A stretch of DNA of 64,000 nucleotides from Octopus sinensis. Lineage: Eukaryota. This document shows, one piece after another, positions 1-13,462 of the stretch. Where the stretch lies: NCBI RefSeq assembly GCF_006345805.1, contig NC_043001.1, positions 52,204,001-52,268,000 on the forward strand, given 5' to 3'. The notes beneath the pieces are model-generated. The model saw only the letters and a list, made by a program, of their open reading frames with translations. It was not told where the DNA came from and did no database searches. The stretch's first letter is position 1. Each line of letters starts with the position of its first letter. Both the position numbers and the translations under genes were made by a program.

Positions 1-269
1 CACGTTATATATACAATTTTATAATGATATATAAGATAATATAATATAATGAAAAGCTAACTGTTCATTCTGATTTAACTAGTACTTCCATGATTTAAGG
101 TATGCAATCTTCAGGTTCATATAATAGGGGTGACTACACATCTCCTTTGTAAATTGCACAGATATGCTTCGGTTGTTCAGTTTGAAGATATTCTGTAGAC
201 CACTGCTTCATAATGTGGACAGAATATCTAAATACTTTGGAAGAGTTTAGTATCCTCCTAACAACCTAA

Positions 270-1537
270 AAACCTGAAAAAATTATTAACAAAGGCAAAC
301 TTTAACCTGAGCAACAATGGCCACTCCATCACTGTATCTAAATGCAATGATAGCCGATGTGGCACATGCCAATTCATAAATACCGACCAATATATGAACA
401 TTAAAACCGGAAAATATTCACAAACGCAAATATGAACTGCAAAAGCAGAAATTTAATTTACAGCATAGAATGTCAGAATTGTGAAGAACTATATGTGGGT
501 CAAACTGGAAATGCACTATCTAAAGGTTTACGTGTGCACCGACAGCAAATCAGACATATAGATGTCCGTCAGATACCTTTGAGTAAACATCTAGTAATAT
601 GTGTACGGAAAATATTTATAAGATTTCCAATCCACAAACTGCACAGTCCAAGTAAAATCGAGAGAAACATCAGAGAAAAAACCTGTATTGATAAATTCCA
701 ATCCAAGCTAAATAAACAATAATAATAATACTTGGAGATACTATTTCTACTGCTACGACTACTGCCACTAACAGCAGCAACAACAACAACAATACTAAAG
801 GTTCTTATGACGACGTTAGCAGGAAAATACTAGCTAAATCAAGAGAAAAGTCGGTAAAAAGCAATCTTATTTAGGGTTTAAAGATCTATTACCAGAGCTA
901 TTCATATTATCACCATATATGTACTGTATATACAATATTATTTATTTTATTATTTAATTGAACGTCACGCCTCCAATTCCAAGTATTCTATACTGTTTTT
1001 CCACATCCTTCTCTAATTCCTCTTTTCTCGCCTTCACTGTTTTGTCTCTCTCCTCTTTCTCTGTTACTCTCTCTCTCTCGTTGCTTACATGTGATCATTG
1101 TCCATCTTTCTTTTCCTCACGTGACCATGTTTCTATTCCTGCACCATGTCTTAAGAACTGGACGTCTTCTAACTTTCTCTTCTGTCTTTTCTCTTTTCAG
1201 AGAAAATATTTCTCTCGTTCTACTCTGACGGCCCACCATGTTTCATTTTCGTTCGGTTTCTTTGTATATCTCCACTGTCCTGTTTTTGTTCCCAACTTTG
1301 ACCCTCCCTAAATCCAACATTTCATTTTGGTATTTATGGGAGCATTGTCTTCGAATACTCATATTGTCGTTGAATGCTCGAAATGAGGAGTAGATAGATA
1401 GGTGACAACTGATGAAGGGTCGTTCTGAGCTACTTGTCCTTATTTTGTATTTTTTCTCGTTGTTTGCGTATTTAAGTCGTTTATTTTCGTACTTCACGTT
1501 GTTTACACAGTTGGTGATGTTCTGTACCCATATACGC
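270..1537 (+). mobile_element. Penelope-like element 3' portion: linker, Cys motif, GIY-YIG endonuclease, CT-rich tail and terminus ending at (TA)n
   Basis: QPKNLKKLLTKANF at ~270, KCNDSRCGTC Cys motif, and ORF 432-722 CKSRNLIYSIECQNCEELYVGQT (GIY-YIG/CxxC pattern typical of PLE endonucleases). The 3' tail resembles that of the PLE at 21940-24745. Confidence 0.8.
432..722 (+). pseudogene. GIY-YIG endonuclease domain of a PLE (fragment)
   Basis: NLIYSIEC..C...YVGQT...LRVHRQ motif in the translated ORF. Confidence 0.85.
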
Positions 1538-1539
1538 AT

Positions 1540-1573
<34 letters not shown>

Positions 1574-1598
1574 ATATATATATATATATTTATGTATG

Positions 1599-1670
<72 letters not shown>

Positions 1671-1870
1671 CATACATATATGTATGTATACATATATATT
1701 AATATATATATACATATATGTATATATGTATATACATAAATATATATATATTCATACATATATATATACATACATATATATATATACATATATATACATA
1801 ATTATATATGTGTCTGTGTGTGTGATTATGTATGTACGTATATATAATCACTTACCCACTCATATATAGT
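1538..1870. repeat. compound (TA)n/(TG)n microsatellite
   Basis: direct reading. Confidence 0.95.
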
Positions 1871-2446
1871 TGTGCGTGGGTATCAGTAGAAATACGGAAT
1901 TAGTAACTAGTAATCAAATTCTCAGTCACTAGTTTTTCAATCTACTTTCACTTTTGTTTTTAACTCGGATATTTATGAACTATTTAACAATATTAATCAC
2001 ATTTATATTTTCTAATAATCACATTATGTATCCGAAGAGCGGGTTACACTCCAGGTATCTCACATTGGTGATTCAATAACCACGTTTCTGGAATGAAATT
2101 AATACCATTAATTAATATTTTCCCCAAATAACGGAAGTGAGTTAGAATGAATATTACGCACGTGATATTTTCTGAAATGATTGGTTTTCTTTTTATCGTC
2201 GATTAGTATTTTTATCCTCTAAGAGATATTGATAGACACCTAAGTATTTTATAGGTGTATGCTATTTTTGAAATTCTAAGAAAACATAGTTTTATCATTC
2301 GTAGATGATATTGTCTTACCCAGTGATTTGAATTTCAATAATCCCAGGTCGATCTCTTGCAAGTTAGGAGAGATTATGTGATATTGTTAAACAATTCTTC
2401 ATAGAAATATTTTAATATATTTTAAAATGATATTACGATTAATATT

Positions 2447-2658
2447 TGGTTCAAATTTTGGCCCAAGGCAGTACTTTCAAGGTAGTGGGTAAGTCGAGTG
2501 CATCAAGCCAATTGCTCAACTGGTACTCATTTTATCGTCCCTGAAAAGGTGAAAGGCAAAGTCGCCTTCAGCGGAATTTGAATTCAGAACGTAAGGGCGG
2601 AAAAATACCGCTAAACATTTTGCCAGGCGTGCTAACGATTCTGCCAACACGCCGCCTT
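2447..2658 (-). mobile_element. tRNA-derived SINE, family B (ggcggcgagctggcagaa head; ctttcatcctttcggggtcgataaa-type core, resembling the Meta/MESC domain)
   Basis: homologous to copies at 9105, 9295, 12290, 17127, 26768 and 55655 in this window; tRNA-like B-box gagttcaaattc. Confidence 0.75.
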
Positions 2659-2801
2659 ATAATAAATTAATACTGATTAAAACTCTGGAAGTTCTTTTGT
2701 CAGATGGTAATACATACATATCTGCATACATACATACATACATACATACATACATACATACATACATACGTACATACATACATACATACTTATATACATA
2801 T

Positions 2802-2842
<41 letters not shown>

Positions 2843-3431
2843 CACACACGCACCACACTTATATGTGTGTGTGTTTGTGTGTGTACTGATATGGCTCTAT
2901 TTTCACCATTATTCCGTTATTTATACATTAATAACCTCTTATTGCTCACTGTAGCAACACCCACTCCAATTCAGAGCTATTCTTCATTATTTCAGCTTTC
3001 CGCTTCTACGTTGTCCATACGGATTCTAGACATTACACGCAAACCTACACTACATCCGTGAACAGGCACACCGAAATTATAATGAAATGGGCGACGGTTA
3101 CCGTGACACTGCAACGTAAAGACACAATCAACTCTTATAAACTCAAAATCAACTTGTATCTCGCTCTCTGTATTCTAGGATCGATCATAGAAAAAGAAAA
3201 AAGAAATCCACAAAGTTACGGCAAGTATTTGGCTTCTAGGTGACTGAAGATCTACCCTAAGCCCCTCGCCATCGTAACCGAAAGGAACATTCATTGCAAA
3301 GAGTTGTGCTTTGTGTTTAGGAATGTTTTATCTTGCAACAGCTGCAAAGCTCGTGCAATATCATGAGGAGTGTACTGCATGTATACACACAAATATCCTT
3401 GTCCCCACCTCAATATATATATATATATCAA

Positions 3432-4055
3432 CATCATCATCATCATCGTTTAACGTCCGTTCTCCATGCTAGCATGGGTTGGACGGTTCGACCGGAGATC
3501 TGGGAAGCCAGAAGGCTGCACCAGGCTCCAGTCTGATCTGGCAGTGTTTCTACAGCTGGATGCCCTTCCTAACGCTGACCACTCCGTGAGTGTAGTGGGT
3601 GCTTTTTACGTACCACCAGTCCAGGGGTCCTGGCAACTGCCGGGTTCCAGTCATAGGATTGGTTCAATTTCGATTCCGATTTCGATTTCACTTGCCCCAA
3701 CAGGTTTTGCAAGGGGTTGGCATGGGTGCCTGTCGTCGGATGAGGTTCGATTTCGACTTGGCTTGTCTCAACAGGTCTTTGTGTGTCCAAGGGAGGAAAG
3801 ACAAGCATAAGTGGGCTGGACTCACTTGTCCTGCCTGGTCTTCTCATGCACAGCATATTTCCAAAGGTCCCGGTCGCTGGTCATTGCCTCGGTGAGGCCT
3901 AAAGTTCGAAGGTCGTGCTTCACCACCTCGTCCCAGGTTTTCCTGGGTCTACCTCTTCCACGGGTACCCTCAACTGCTAGGGACTGGCACTTTTTCACAC
4001 GCCTATCTTCATCCATTCTCGCCACATGACCATACCAGCGCAATCCAGCGCAACC
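3432..4055 (-). mobile_element. RTE-clade LINE, 5'-truncated 3' end with (GAT)n tail
   Basis: ORF 3822-4043(-) RWYGHVARMDEDR...RGRGRPRKTW...DRDLW is the canonical RTE C-terminus; 3' UTR ends in (gat)n at ~3433-3448. Confidence 0.9.
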
Positions 4056-4440
4056 GTCTCTCTTATGTGTATATATATATATATATATATCTGTTCCGAT
4101 CTGGCTATTTCTTACTGACGATTCTAAGGGCCTATGGAAGATTGGCTTGATTTAATTTAATCAGGTTAGTTTACCATTAAACAGTAGATGAAACGGTGCA
4201 TCGTATAAGAAATTACAGGGTAAATGTTTTTTAATTTTCTCCTGGTTTACGGAATTAATGTTATTTTGCGGTTGAAGCTTTGGCTGTTATTTCTAGTGGG
4301 TGAATGGCCTATTATGGCCGTTCCTTGATTGTGATGTTGAACTTAAAAATGGTCTATGACTATTTAATTTTTTCCCACTAGGCCGCTGGTGGCAAAAAAA
4401 AAAAAAAAATTCTACAAAATCTTTTGCCACCCTATATTGA

Positions 4441-4489
<49 letters not shown>

Positions 4490-4879
4490 CATACACATGC
4501 ATTCATGTAGGTAGGTATGCATGTAGGTATGCTTGTATTTGCACAAATACATACACACACAAACACACGCACACAGATAAACACACACACACACGTAAAT
4601 GTATTAGGTTGATGCTCAACCTAATACATGCAGGAAGAAGTCATCGACATTTCAATCCAACGGTCAACTCTTTTACTGAAACGATAAATGAGGAAACAGA
4701 AAAATGATAATAATAAAAGAATAGATGAAGAAAAACAGAAAAGAAGAGGTGTATTCCCACGCAGGAAAATATGCAGGGAAATTTGTTTTGACGTTTGAAA
4801 ATGCACCTGAATTTGAAAGAAATCGTAGTTTTTAAATAGATTTATTCACATACATGCCAATCCAGTTTCAACAATGTTT

Positions 4880-4935
4880 TATCTATCCATCCATCCATCT
4901 ACCCATCCATCCATCCATGTATCTATCTATCTATA

Positions 4936-4978
<43 letters not shown>

Positions 4979-4979
4979 A

Positions 4980-5010
<31 letters not shown>

Positions 5011-5019
5011 TCATGTATA

Positions 5020-5060
<41 letters not shown>

Positions 5061-5065
5061 TTATA

Positions 5066-5140
<75 letters not shown>
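4880..5140. repeat. (ATCC)/(ATCT)n, (AT)n and (AC)n compound microsatellite
   Basis: direct reading. Confidence 0.95.
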
Positions 5141-5141
<1 letters not shown>

Positions 5142-5568
5142 CGTCGAATCTTACAGATATATATTAGTTCAAACCACACACACAAACATATATGCATATA
5201 TAATATTTATATGTTTATATATATAAATTCCCCCATATGTACATGTGTGTAAGTGTGTGTATGTATAGATTTATGCCGATGTAAAGATAGACTGATATAT
5301 AAGAAGAAAGATAGCTTTATGGTCAGATACGTAAATATACATAGCAAATATTTTCGGTGACATGTATGCTAACTACAATAAAAAAAAAATGTGCAACAAT
5401 TTATAAGTCCATATAGTATAGCTGTTTGATTGTGGCTAAAGGATAGATCTCACAACTGGAAAAGTGTTTCTGCTTTAGCCCTTTGCGCTCTTCGTTTTAG
5501 ATGTTGGAAGTGGGATGTCAACTGGTGATGGATTCTAGCAACGCCAGAATATAATCTATTTCTTCAAG

Positions 5569-5573
<5 letters not shown>

Positions 5574-5641
<68 letters not shown>

Positions 5642-5722
5642 TTGAGAGAGAGATAGAGAGAGAGAGAAAGAAAGAGAGGTAGAGACAGAGAGAAAGTAGA
5701 TATAAACAGAGAGAAAAGAGAG
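5574..5722. repeat. (AG)n microsatellite
   Basis: direct reading. Confidence 0.95.
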
Positions 5723-8700
5723 TGTGATGGTCTGAGAGATCAATCTTCCATAATATTAGATTAGTATTGTACTAATTCCGAAAGAATGATTGTTAAAATT
5801 GGGCTTGGAGGGATTTGAACTTAGTGTACCAGATTAAATTTTTGAAGGCATTCTATCTGATGTTTTAAAACTCTACTAAATGGTTGCCTAATTGAGATAT
5901 TTACGGACAATTTGAAAATATTAAACACTTTTTTTTTCTATAGAATGAAATAAATATACAACACACATGTTATGTATTCGATTAGAAAGCACCGCTGCGA
6001 GTATCTTCTGTAAGCTTGTTGCCGGAAATAAACCAAATTAATTAGTATTTCTTCTCAATAATCAAAGTAAGAAGAAATGTTTAAAATATTTTAAGTTTTA
6101 TTTAATTCATGTTTTTTATCTAAATGTTTTGCTAGACAGACGTTAGATTATTGAATGTTTTCAGTCAATAAGTCGTCTCTATAGTTGATTATAACCTTAC
6201 ATGCAGTGCATTTCTAAAACTAATTGTAAAACGATCTTGATTTCTTTTTAATTTGTCTTCTTTCATTTTTAATCGTAATTATACTTGTTTTGAAATTATT
6301 TGATCAAGATGCAGTTGGTATTAAGAAATATAGTACACAGATAGTCATTATCAACAACGTAAACTTATCGACTTAAAATACATGGCAGTAGAATTCTTTA
6401 TATTCGATGTAAACATTCAAAACTAAATAACTTCTCTATAATTATTATATATTAATAGTTTTTGTATAGTTATACTTTTAGTTAAATGTTCTAGACATCG
6501 TATATGAGGGGTAACTATTAGGGGACATAATCTGGCAAAACAGCTTCGGTTTATTCTCTTATTAAATAATTAATTAGGCTGTTAATGGTTGAACTAGTGA
6601 ATATGACTGTTACAGTTTCTAATTTTCTTCTCAGGTAATATTTCTACTATTTAAAAGATTTCACAACTTTAAGATATTATTCGAACCGATTACTGGATTC
6701 TCTTCTTATTAATATTTATTGGAAAAAAACAACTCATCACGTTACGAGTGACTTAAACATCACTTGTAAGCTTCATTAGATATGAACAACTTCGGTCAGT
6801 CAAAAAATGAAGACCGCATCGCCGGCATATAATTTGAACAATACAATCTCAGTTGATTTGATTCAAGCTACTATTATTCGGGTAACTAAACCCATCCTAT
6901 TTGATGTTAATACACTTACCCTTGAAATTAAGGTGTTATTGGAAGGATTTTTCCATACAGAAAAATTACTGGGAAGGTTTTCCAAGAAAAGCTAATCGAC
7001 TTTACTCTTTTCACACTCTTATCTGCATTACCTGAGGAAATTCTTGATTTATTGTTGATGTTTAGCCTCATGTCAGCCTTTATACAACAAACTTCTTATC
7101 CTATATTTGCAGATACAGTTCTTGCAGACCAGAAAATAGACATAATCAGAAATGAAAAATTGTTACTGAACGAATGTGATATACTCAGTGTCCTCTCTCT
7201 AGCTGATGTGAACAGCATGCAAATGAACCCCAAATAACATTCGTTTGTCGTAATTATTGAAATGACACAGTAGATGATATTTAAAGCTTTGTAGCCCTTC
7301 ACACACAAAAAAGTCGATATGATCAGAGAAAAAGTGCCTTTGATCATAGATCTAGTTGATCAGGGTAAACAACTGAGTTACTGAATTGGCTTACGTTATA
7401 ACCTTAATCGTTATTAGCGACAAAAGCAGTATTAATTGAAAATAGCAATCTGTATGACAAACTTAAAGCTGAAACATCGTTGAAAGCCTGCAAGATTGCC
7501 GTATTCACCTGAGAAAAAGCTTCTCTTACAGATGTATAATGTTAAAGAAATGCAGAAATATATATGGTCAAGTAGCAGCGATAGAATTGTTAAATACATA
7601 TTTCTACATCTTTGGGCTCCGTATGTAGTAACACCCCTACCTCGCAGCCTCATACTAAGGCAAAATCAGCCGCAGCTGATATAGTGAGATAGCGATTGAA
7701 AAATCACAAAAGATATAATTATTTAACAATTGCAACACAGTTGTTGCACGATTTTCGTCTGCTACTGATATAGTTCCGTGTTTTTGACATTACACATTCA
7801 TGTGAAATGCTTTCTCGAGACGAATGTCACAATTTACCAGGATTTCGATAATATATCTACTTTAAATGCGACATACAGATTGCTACTTTCACCTTACATT
7901 TCAATTAGATATTAATATACATAAATTTGAAAAATGACAGCGTAATTCGAGAGATTTGGTAACTTTCTCTCTCTTTCCTATATCTTCTCTCTCTCATTTC
8001 TCTTCACTCTCTCTTCTCCTCTCCTCTCTGTCTTCTCCTCTCACTCTTTCTCTCTCTTTCTCTCTCTGTATGCATAAATATTCGTATGTGTATGTGCGCG
8101 CGTATAAGGTATAGCCAGTCGAGCGACGTTGACTCTCTGTCAGTAGTTCCCGATAATCAAGCTGAAACTTAGAGGTTATTCATTGGAATATGTTTGTAGC
8201 ACTGGATTTCATTGAGATTAAATCTGTCTGCGGATGTCTGTAAGTTGGTTGCAATAAAATAGTTTGCTAAATTTCTTCATTGTATTGGAAAAGCTCGGTG
8301 CTAAAGGATTTACTAAATTTAAATTTGTCTTTATGAACCAGGAATCTTCTGAGAGAAAAATGTTCTGTTTACATCGAACTTGTTGGAGACAGGCTATTAC
8401 ACATTTACTTTCGTATCAGTAGCAACGTGTCTTTTGTTTATATTTGAACACATCAACTGATAATTTTTATGACCTTTTAGTAAATAATACGATAACTTTG
8501 TTATATAGCAAAATTTCGTGACAATTTAGCAACTAATTCTTATTGCCTTGTTAAATTTTACATAAGAAATCCGCATTAATCTCATCTAGTAACTAAATAC
8601 AAATAAGCTAGCAAAGAAATAAACGCTAAAAACTAAGAAAGTTGTTTATCATATAGACTGATTGCGAGTGGCGAATATAGAAATTTAATTTGCGAAATTT

Positions 8701-9104
8701 TAATAATACTTGTATTAATAAATTTTTTACCAGAGTATTTAGCATCGACATCATCCACTTTTAAACTGATTGCTTTATTGATTGACAGATTAAATGTATT
8801 AAGCTTTAAAAAATGTGTATTAAATTTTGAGAAATTTCCGTTATAATTTAAACAAATTCAACTACAGTTTAGAATATTGGCTATAGTTTGTATCTTTGAA
8901 TTCAGGAATTATTGAGGATTGGTTCCAGAAAATGACGTCAAATTGAAAGCTTAAAATAACAGCACTTAGTGCTAGACTAAGAGAGAAACTACATAGATTC
9001 GAACTGTTAGTACATAGCACTGTTCATTTGCTATGTAGAGAAATCAATAAAAATCTACGACTGCGTCATATTATAATTGAGTATACTTACGCACAAAAGT
9101 ATAT

Positions 9105-9465
9105 ATTCTTTTCTACTCTAGACCAAAGGCCCGCAATTTGTGGGAAGGGAGGCAGTTGATTAGGTCGAACCCAGTACTTAATTTATCGTCTCCGAAAGGA
9201 TGAAAAGTAAAGTCGACCTCGGCAGATTTTGAACTCAGAAAGTTAAGACGAACGAAATACATCTAAGCATTTCGCCCGGTGTACTAACGTTTCTTATTTC
9301 TTTATTGCCCACAAGGCGCTAAACATAGACGGGACAAACAAAGACAGACAAAGGTATTAAGTTGATTACATCGACCCCAGCGTGTAATTGGTACTTAATT
9401 TATCGATCCCCGAAAGGATGAAAGGCAAAGTCGACCTCGGCGGAATTTGAACTCAGAACGTAACG
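9105..9465 (-). mobile_element. two tandem family-B SINE copies
   Basis: two repeats of aatttatcg..ccgaaaggatgaaa..aaagtcgacctcggc..atttgaactcagaa; the second is cut off at the mariner junction. Confidence 0.8.
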
Positions 9466-9997
9466 GTATTGTGCGTATGGTGGCACTGGGAAGGGATTAT
9501 CCATTACGAATTGCTTGAAGAGAATCAAACGGTCAACGCGTTTGAACTCTATGTTCAACAGTTGGAACGACTCAACACGGCTATTCAAGAGAAAAGACCT
9601 AATCGGGAGCATGGAGTTCTGCTGCACGACAACGCTCGCTTTCATATCGCCAATATGACCAAGGAAGCCATTCAAACGCATGGCTTGGAAGTGCTGCCAC
9701 ACACGCCGTACTCTCCTGATTTGGTACCAATGGATTTCCACCTCTTTGGATCTTTTCCAAATGCTATGCCCGGGGTTTCGGTCAATACTGATGCAGAATT
9801 GAGAGCTTAGTTGGATCAACTTTTCGAGTCGAAATCGAGAGATTTCTACCAACGAGGTATTGAAAATCTTGTTGAACGTTAGGAAGAAGTTGTAAACAAC
9901 AAATGTGAATGCATTACTGATTAATGAATTGTTATTTTTTATTAAGACTTAAAATTTTTTTTTAATTAAAACGGTGGGAACTTAGTTGCCAACCCAA
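9466..9997 (+). mobile_element. mariner transposon, 3' half with right TIR and TA
   Basis: ORF 9469-9810 VWW.WEGIIHYELL..NQTVN...LLHDNARFH...LPHTPYSPDL.PMDFHLF (mariner HDNA/YSPDLAP motifs); ends cttagttgccaacccaa-TA. Confidence 0.92.
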
Positions 9998-10143
9998 TAT
10001 AAGTGTGTATAACCATAGGTAATTATATTCTAAGAAAAAACCCCACTAAGTGGCTTCCTTGCCTGCTGAAAGATGTCATATCTTCAATCCATGAAAAATA
10101 CGTTCTCATACAAAGCGCGTCGGATGTAAGCGAGCAAGACAAA

Positions 10144-10421
10144 ATGAAAAAAAGAAAATTAAAAGACCAGTTATTTCTATACTTCGAAATTTCACCATTA
10201 ATAATTAAACAATTATCTGTTGATCTTCGGTAGAAACTGCCGGAGATGTATAATTGCAAAACTCATATAAATACCATATCCCCAAAAGACACATGTACAT
10301 ACCGAGGTCTGTCTTTATACACCGTGAATTCAATCCAAATGTCTTCAAACAACGCACCAGGGGCGTGAGTCTTCGAAGTATAGAAATAACTGGGCTTTTA
10401 ATTTTTTTTTCCTTTTTCTCA
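10144..10421. repeat. MITE-like unit with ~34-bp inverted repeats
   Basis: aaaattaaaagaccagttatttctatacttcgaa (10155-10188) versus its reverse complement at 10372-10405, one mismatch. Confidence 0.6.
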
Positions 10422-10522
10422 TAAGCCAATTAGTGGTTTTCCTCTTAGCATACATTTTACTATGGTTATACACATGTATGTATGTATGTATGTATGCATA
10501 TACGTATGTATGAATATATGTC

Positions 10523-10925
10523 AGGTCACTTTCGAGTGCTACTGGTAACATGTAACCCAGTAGAACCTGTCGCATGGTCGGGTCGTCGGCGACTAAACCG
10601 GCAACCCCACCAAGCTTCCTTGGTGAGGAGGGTGTTTATTGGACACCCTGCGGGATGAAAAACAAAACCCGTCAAAGGGCGGAGGAACTCTTGAGAGTCA
10701 ACGGCTATCCAATAAATGTCTTAAGTTTGTATCATTCGCGGGGACATAGAAATAATCGGACTGAATACCCGATCGCGCGGTTAAACCTTTGGGAGTGAAG
10801 GACTCCTAGCCTTTGTTAGGGTATCCTTCTAGGAGAAGGTAACTCAGGTAACTGGGATAACTCCGACATAAAAGCTGCGGCGCAGTGGTTACCGATGATG
10901 TTGACTTGCTCTTCTTTTCGGATTA
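10523..10925 (+). mobile_element. probable RTE-type LINE 5' UTR (no ORF retained), strongly structured
   Basis: GC-rich island with aaacccgtcaaagggcgg and ggagaaggtaactc motifs reminiscent of RTE 5' UTRs; several perfect hairpins. Confidence 0.45.
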
Positions 10926-11074
10926 TGACTGCTGTTGCTTAGTGAGTGGGACTGACTCAGTGCACAGTCTTTCCTCACTTAAAACTTTTTTTTCTTGCAC
11001 AGGCATTGCACGATTACAACATTGATTAAGCTTCATGTAATAGCCATACTCAATAACGAGGGGACAGCCACCAT

Positions 11075-11098
11075 GTATGAATATATATATATACATAT

Positions 11099-11163
<65 letters not shown>

Positions 11164-11169
11164 CGTGTA

Positions 11170-11233
<64 letters not shown>

Positions 11234-11275
11234 TATATATATAATATATATATATATACATATATATATATATCT
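11075..11275. repeat. (TA)n/(TATG)n microsatellite
   Basis: direct reading. Confidence 0.95.
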
Positions 11276-11399
11276 GTATCGACCTGACAATCAGATTCTT
11301 TATACACTGCTTGCCACAACGATTTTCCTCGCCTTATTGTACCTTTCGAATGATCCTACTTAGCTTGCTATGCCGACAGGCCAACATTGTAACTGAACG

Positions 11400-11540
11400 G
11401 AATGCTATCGACACAAGATTATGCATTTACAACTGAGTGGACCAGAGCAACTTGAAGTGAGGTGTTACCCGTCTGAGAATCGAAACCACGCTCTAGCGAT
11501 CAGGTGTATAACACGCAAACTCCTGGGCCAGAAGCCTTAA
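11400..11540 (-). mobile_element. degenerate family-C SINE fragment
   Basis: ctgagtggac..gagcaac and gaatcgaa.cac match the copy at 19770-20050. Confidence 0.45.
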
Positions 11541-11929
11541 CACACACACACACACACACACACACACGCGTGCGCATATAAATATGTATGTAGTAGTGTG
11601 TTTCTATTTGTATGTATGCAGGACGAGGTTTTGTTTATGCTTGTAAGTAATTTTTATGTTTGTCAATTTTTTTTTCTTCCGAGTACTATCTGCTAAATGT
11701 ATGAAATCATTTTTAATAGTTTTTCAAGTGCCATATTAGTAACGAAACTTTAGAATTTGGTAAATTATATTCTGCATAGCCGATCCAAGGGTACTTTGGT
11801 TTTAATTCCTGATTCTCACTTACTATTACAATAATCGATTTAAGATCTGGTTCGCAAAACATCTAGTAAAAGTTTAGAAAGCATCATCGCATAATTAATT
11901 ATGCATGTGTGGTCGCGCATGTATGTGTG

Positions 11930-11968
11930 CGTGTATTTGTGTGTGTGTGTGTTTGTGTGTGTGTTGTG

Positions 11969-12003
<35 letters not shown>

Positions 12004-12006
12004 GTT

Positions 12007-12038
<32 letters not shown>

Positions 12039-12039
12039 T

Positions 12040-12070
<31 letters not shown>

Positions 12071-12105
12071 GTTTGTGCGTGTGTCTGTGTGTGTGTGTTG
12101 TGTGT
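11930..12105. repeat. (GT)n microsatellite
   Basis: direct reading. Confidence 0.95.
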
Positions 12106-12289
12106 TTGAAGAAACGGTGATTGCTGTGATGAAAGCCCTCAAGATGCAAATGTGAGAGTGTATTTAATACTAATGAATTATAAAAAGACATTAACTAAAG
12201 TATTGAACTCGAAATACAAATGCATATATTTTCACAAGAATACAATGCTAAAAGTGGGAACTGAATATTTCCTCTTTGCATCTACTAAT

Positions 12290-12412
12290 TATTTGGTTCA
12301 AATTTTAGCACAAGGCCAACAATTTCAGGGAGGAGGTAAGTCGATTACATCAACCCCAGTACTTAACTAGTGTTTATTTTGTCCACCCGAATGTATGAAA
12401 GGCAAGTCGACC
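12290..12412 (-). mobile_element. family-B SINE fragment
   Basis: ggttcaaattttagcacaaggcc...aagtcgattacatc.accccagt...atgaaaggcaagtcgacc. Confidence 0.7.
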
Positions 12413-13044
12413 TGGCAGCCGTAAGTAGTGAACGTGCTTTGCAGGCACGCTAGCTCAGAATTACTTGAAACAAGGTTTGGATACTGCATTTTAATGTCTC
12501 CTTTCTAAGCCTTACTTTTTAATTTTAATATTAACAGTTACAATTTATATTAATATATTAAACTCTCTTTAGCGTTTTTTCTACAAAAGGAGTATATAGA
12601 TCTAAATTAATTTCTAGGAAAAGGAACATACTCAGGTTATTATCAATCCTGATATTTAAATACAGTGTCCCTACTACCAATTAACATGTACGTACCAGTT
12701 GCTACGAATGTACTCAATATGTAAATTGATTTATCCATTAATATTACAGCGCTAAATTTAGGGGGTATTTAAGCAATGTGTTGGTGGAGAACTTATGGGT
12801 AGGGTGTGACGCTGAAGAAGGAGTAATAATTTCGGAAACATGCATATCTATTTTTCTATCTTGAATCACATTGTTTACATAGACGTATACAAAACGTCAT
12901 AAATTTCGGTGTTGGCTCTAAGTTCTATAGAAAATCTGTAGACATAAACTGAAAAGTAATCTTTATATCCAATAATTTTGAGTAATGAATACGTAAAGAT
13001 AAATATATACCGATGCATATGTAATATAATACAATATAGTCTTT

Positions 13045-13408
13045 CTCTTACATGTTTCAGTCATTTGACTGTGGTCATGCTGGAGCACCGCCTTTAGTCG
13101 AACAAGTCGACCCCAGGACTTACTCTTTGTAAGCCTAGAACTTAGTCTATCGGTCTTTTCTGTCGAGCCGCTACGTTACGGGGACGTAAACACACCGATA
13201 TCGATTGTCACGCGCTGGTGGGACACACACACATATATAAATATACAAAATGCTTCTTTCAGTTTCCGTCTACCAAATCCACTCATAAGGCTTTGGTCGA
13301 CCCGAGGCTATAGTGGAAGACACTTGCTGAAGGTGGCATGCAGTGGGACTGAACAAGGAACCATAAGGTTGGAAAGCAAGTTTCTTGCCACGCAGCCACG
13401 CCTGCACC
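13045..13408 (-). mobile_element. tRNA-derived SINE, family A (head ggcgcaggagtggct.., CORE-like ccttgggcaagtgtctt, internal CA/TA microsatellite, tail ..gactgaaacaagta)
   Basis: full-length homology to copies at 18895, 27998 and 51826. Confidence 0.85.
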
Positions 13409-13462
13409 TATATATATATATATAGATAGATATGTGTGTGTGTGTGTGTGTGTTTGTATATA

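Noticed and set aside
1243-1869. Numerous YIYI/THTH/VCVC ORFs here and across the window
   Set aside because: Translations of dinucleotide microsatellites, not genes.
6800-7700. Short non-repetitive ORFs with possible splice signals (ttacag at ~7530, gtatgt at ~7620)
   Set aside because: No recognisable protein motif and no consistent multi-exon frame.
12812-12848. CTGAAGA-a-ggag-taataa-tttc-g-GAAA-catgcat hammerhead-like string
   Set aside because: Extra base before GAAA, stem III mismatch and no stem I; at most a decayed relic.
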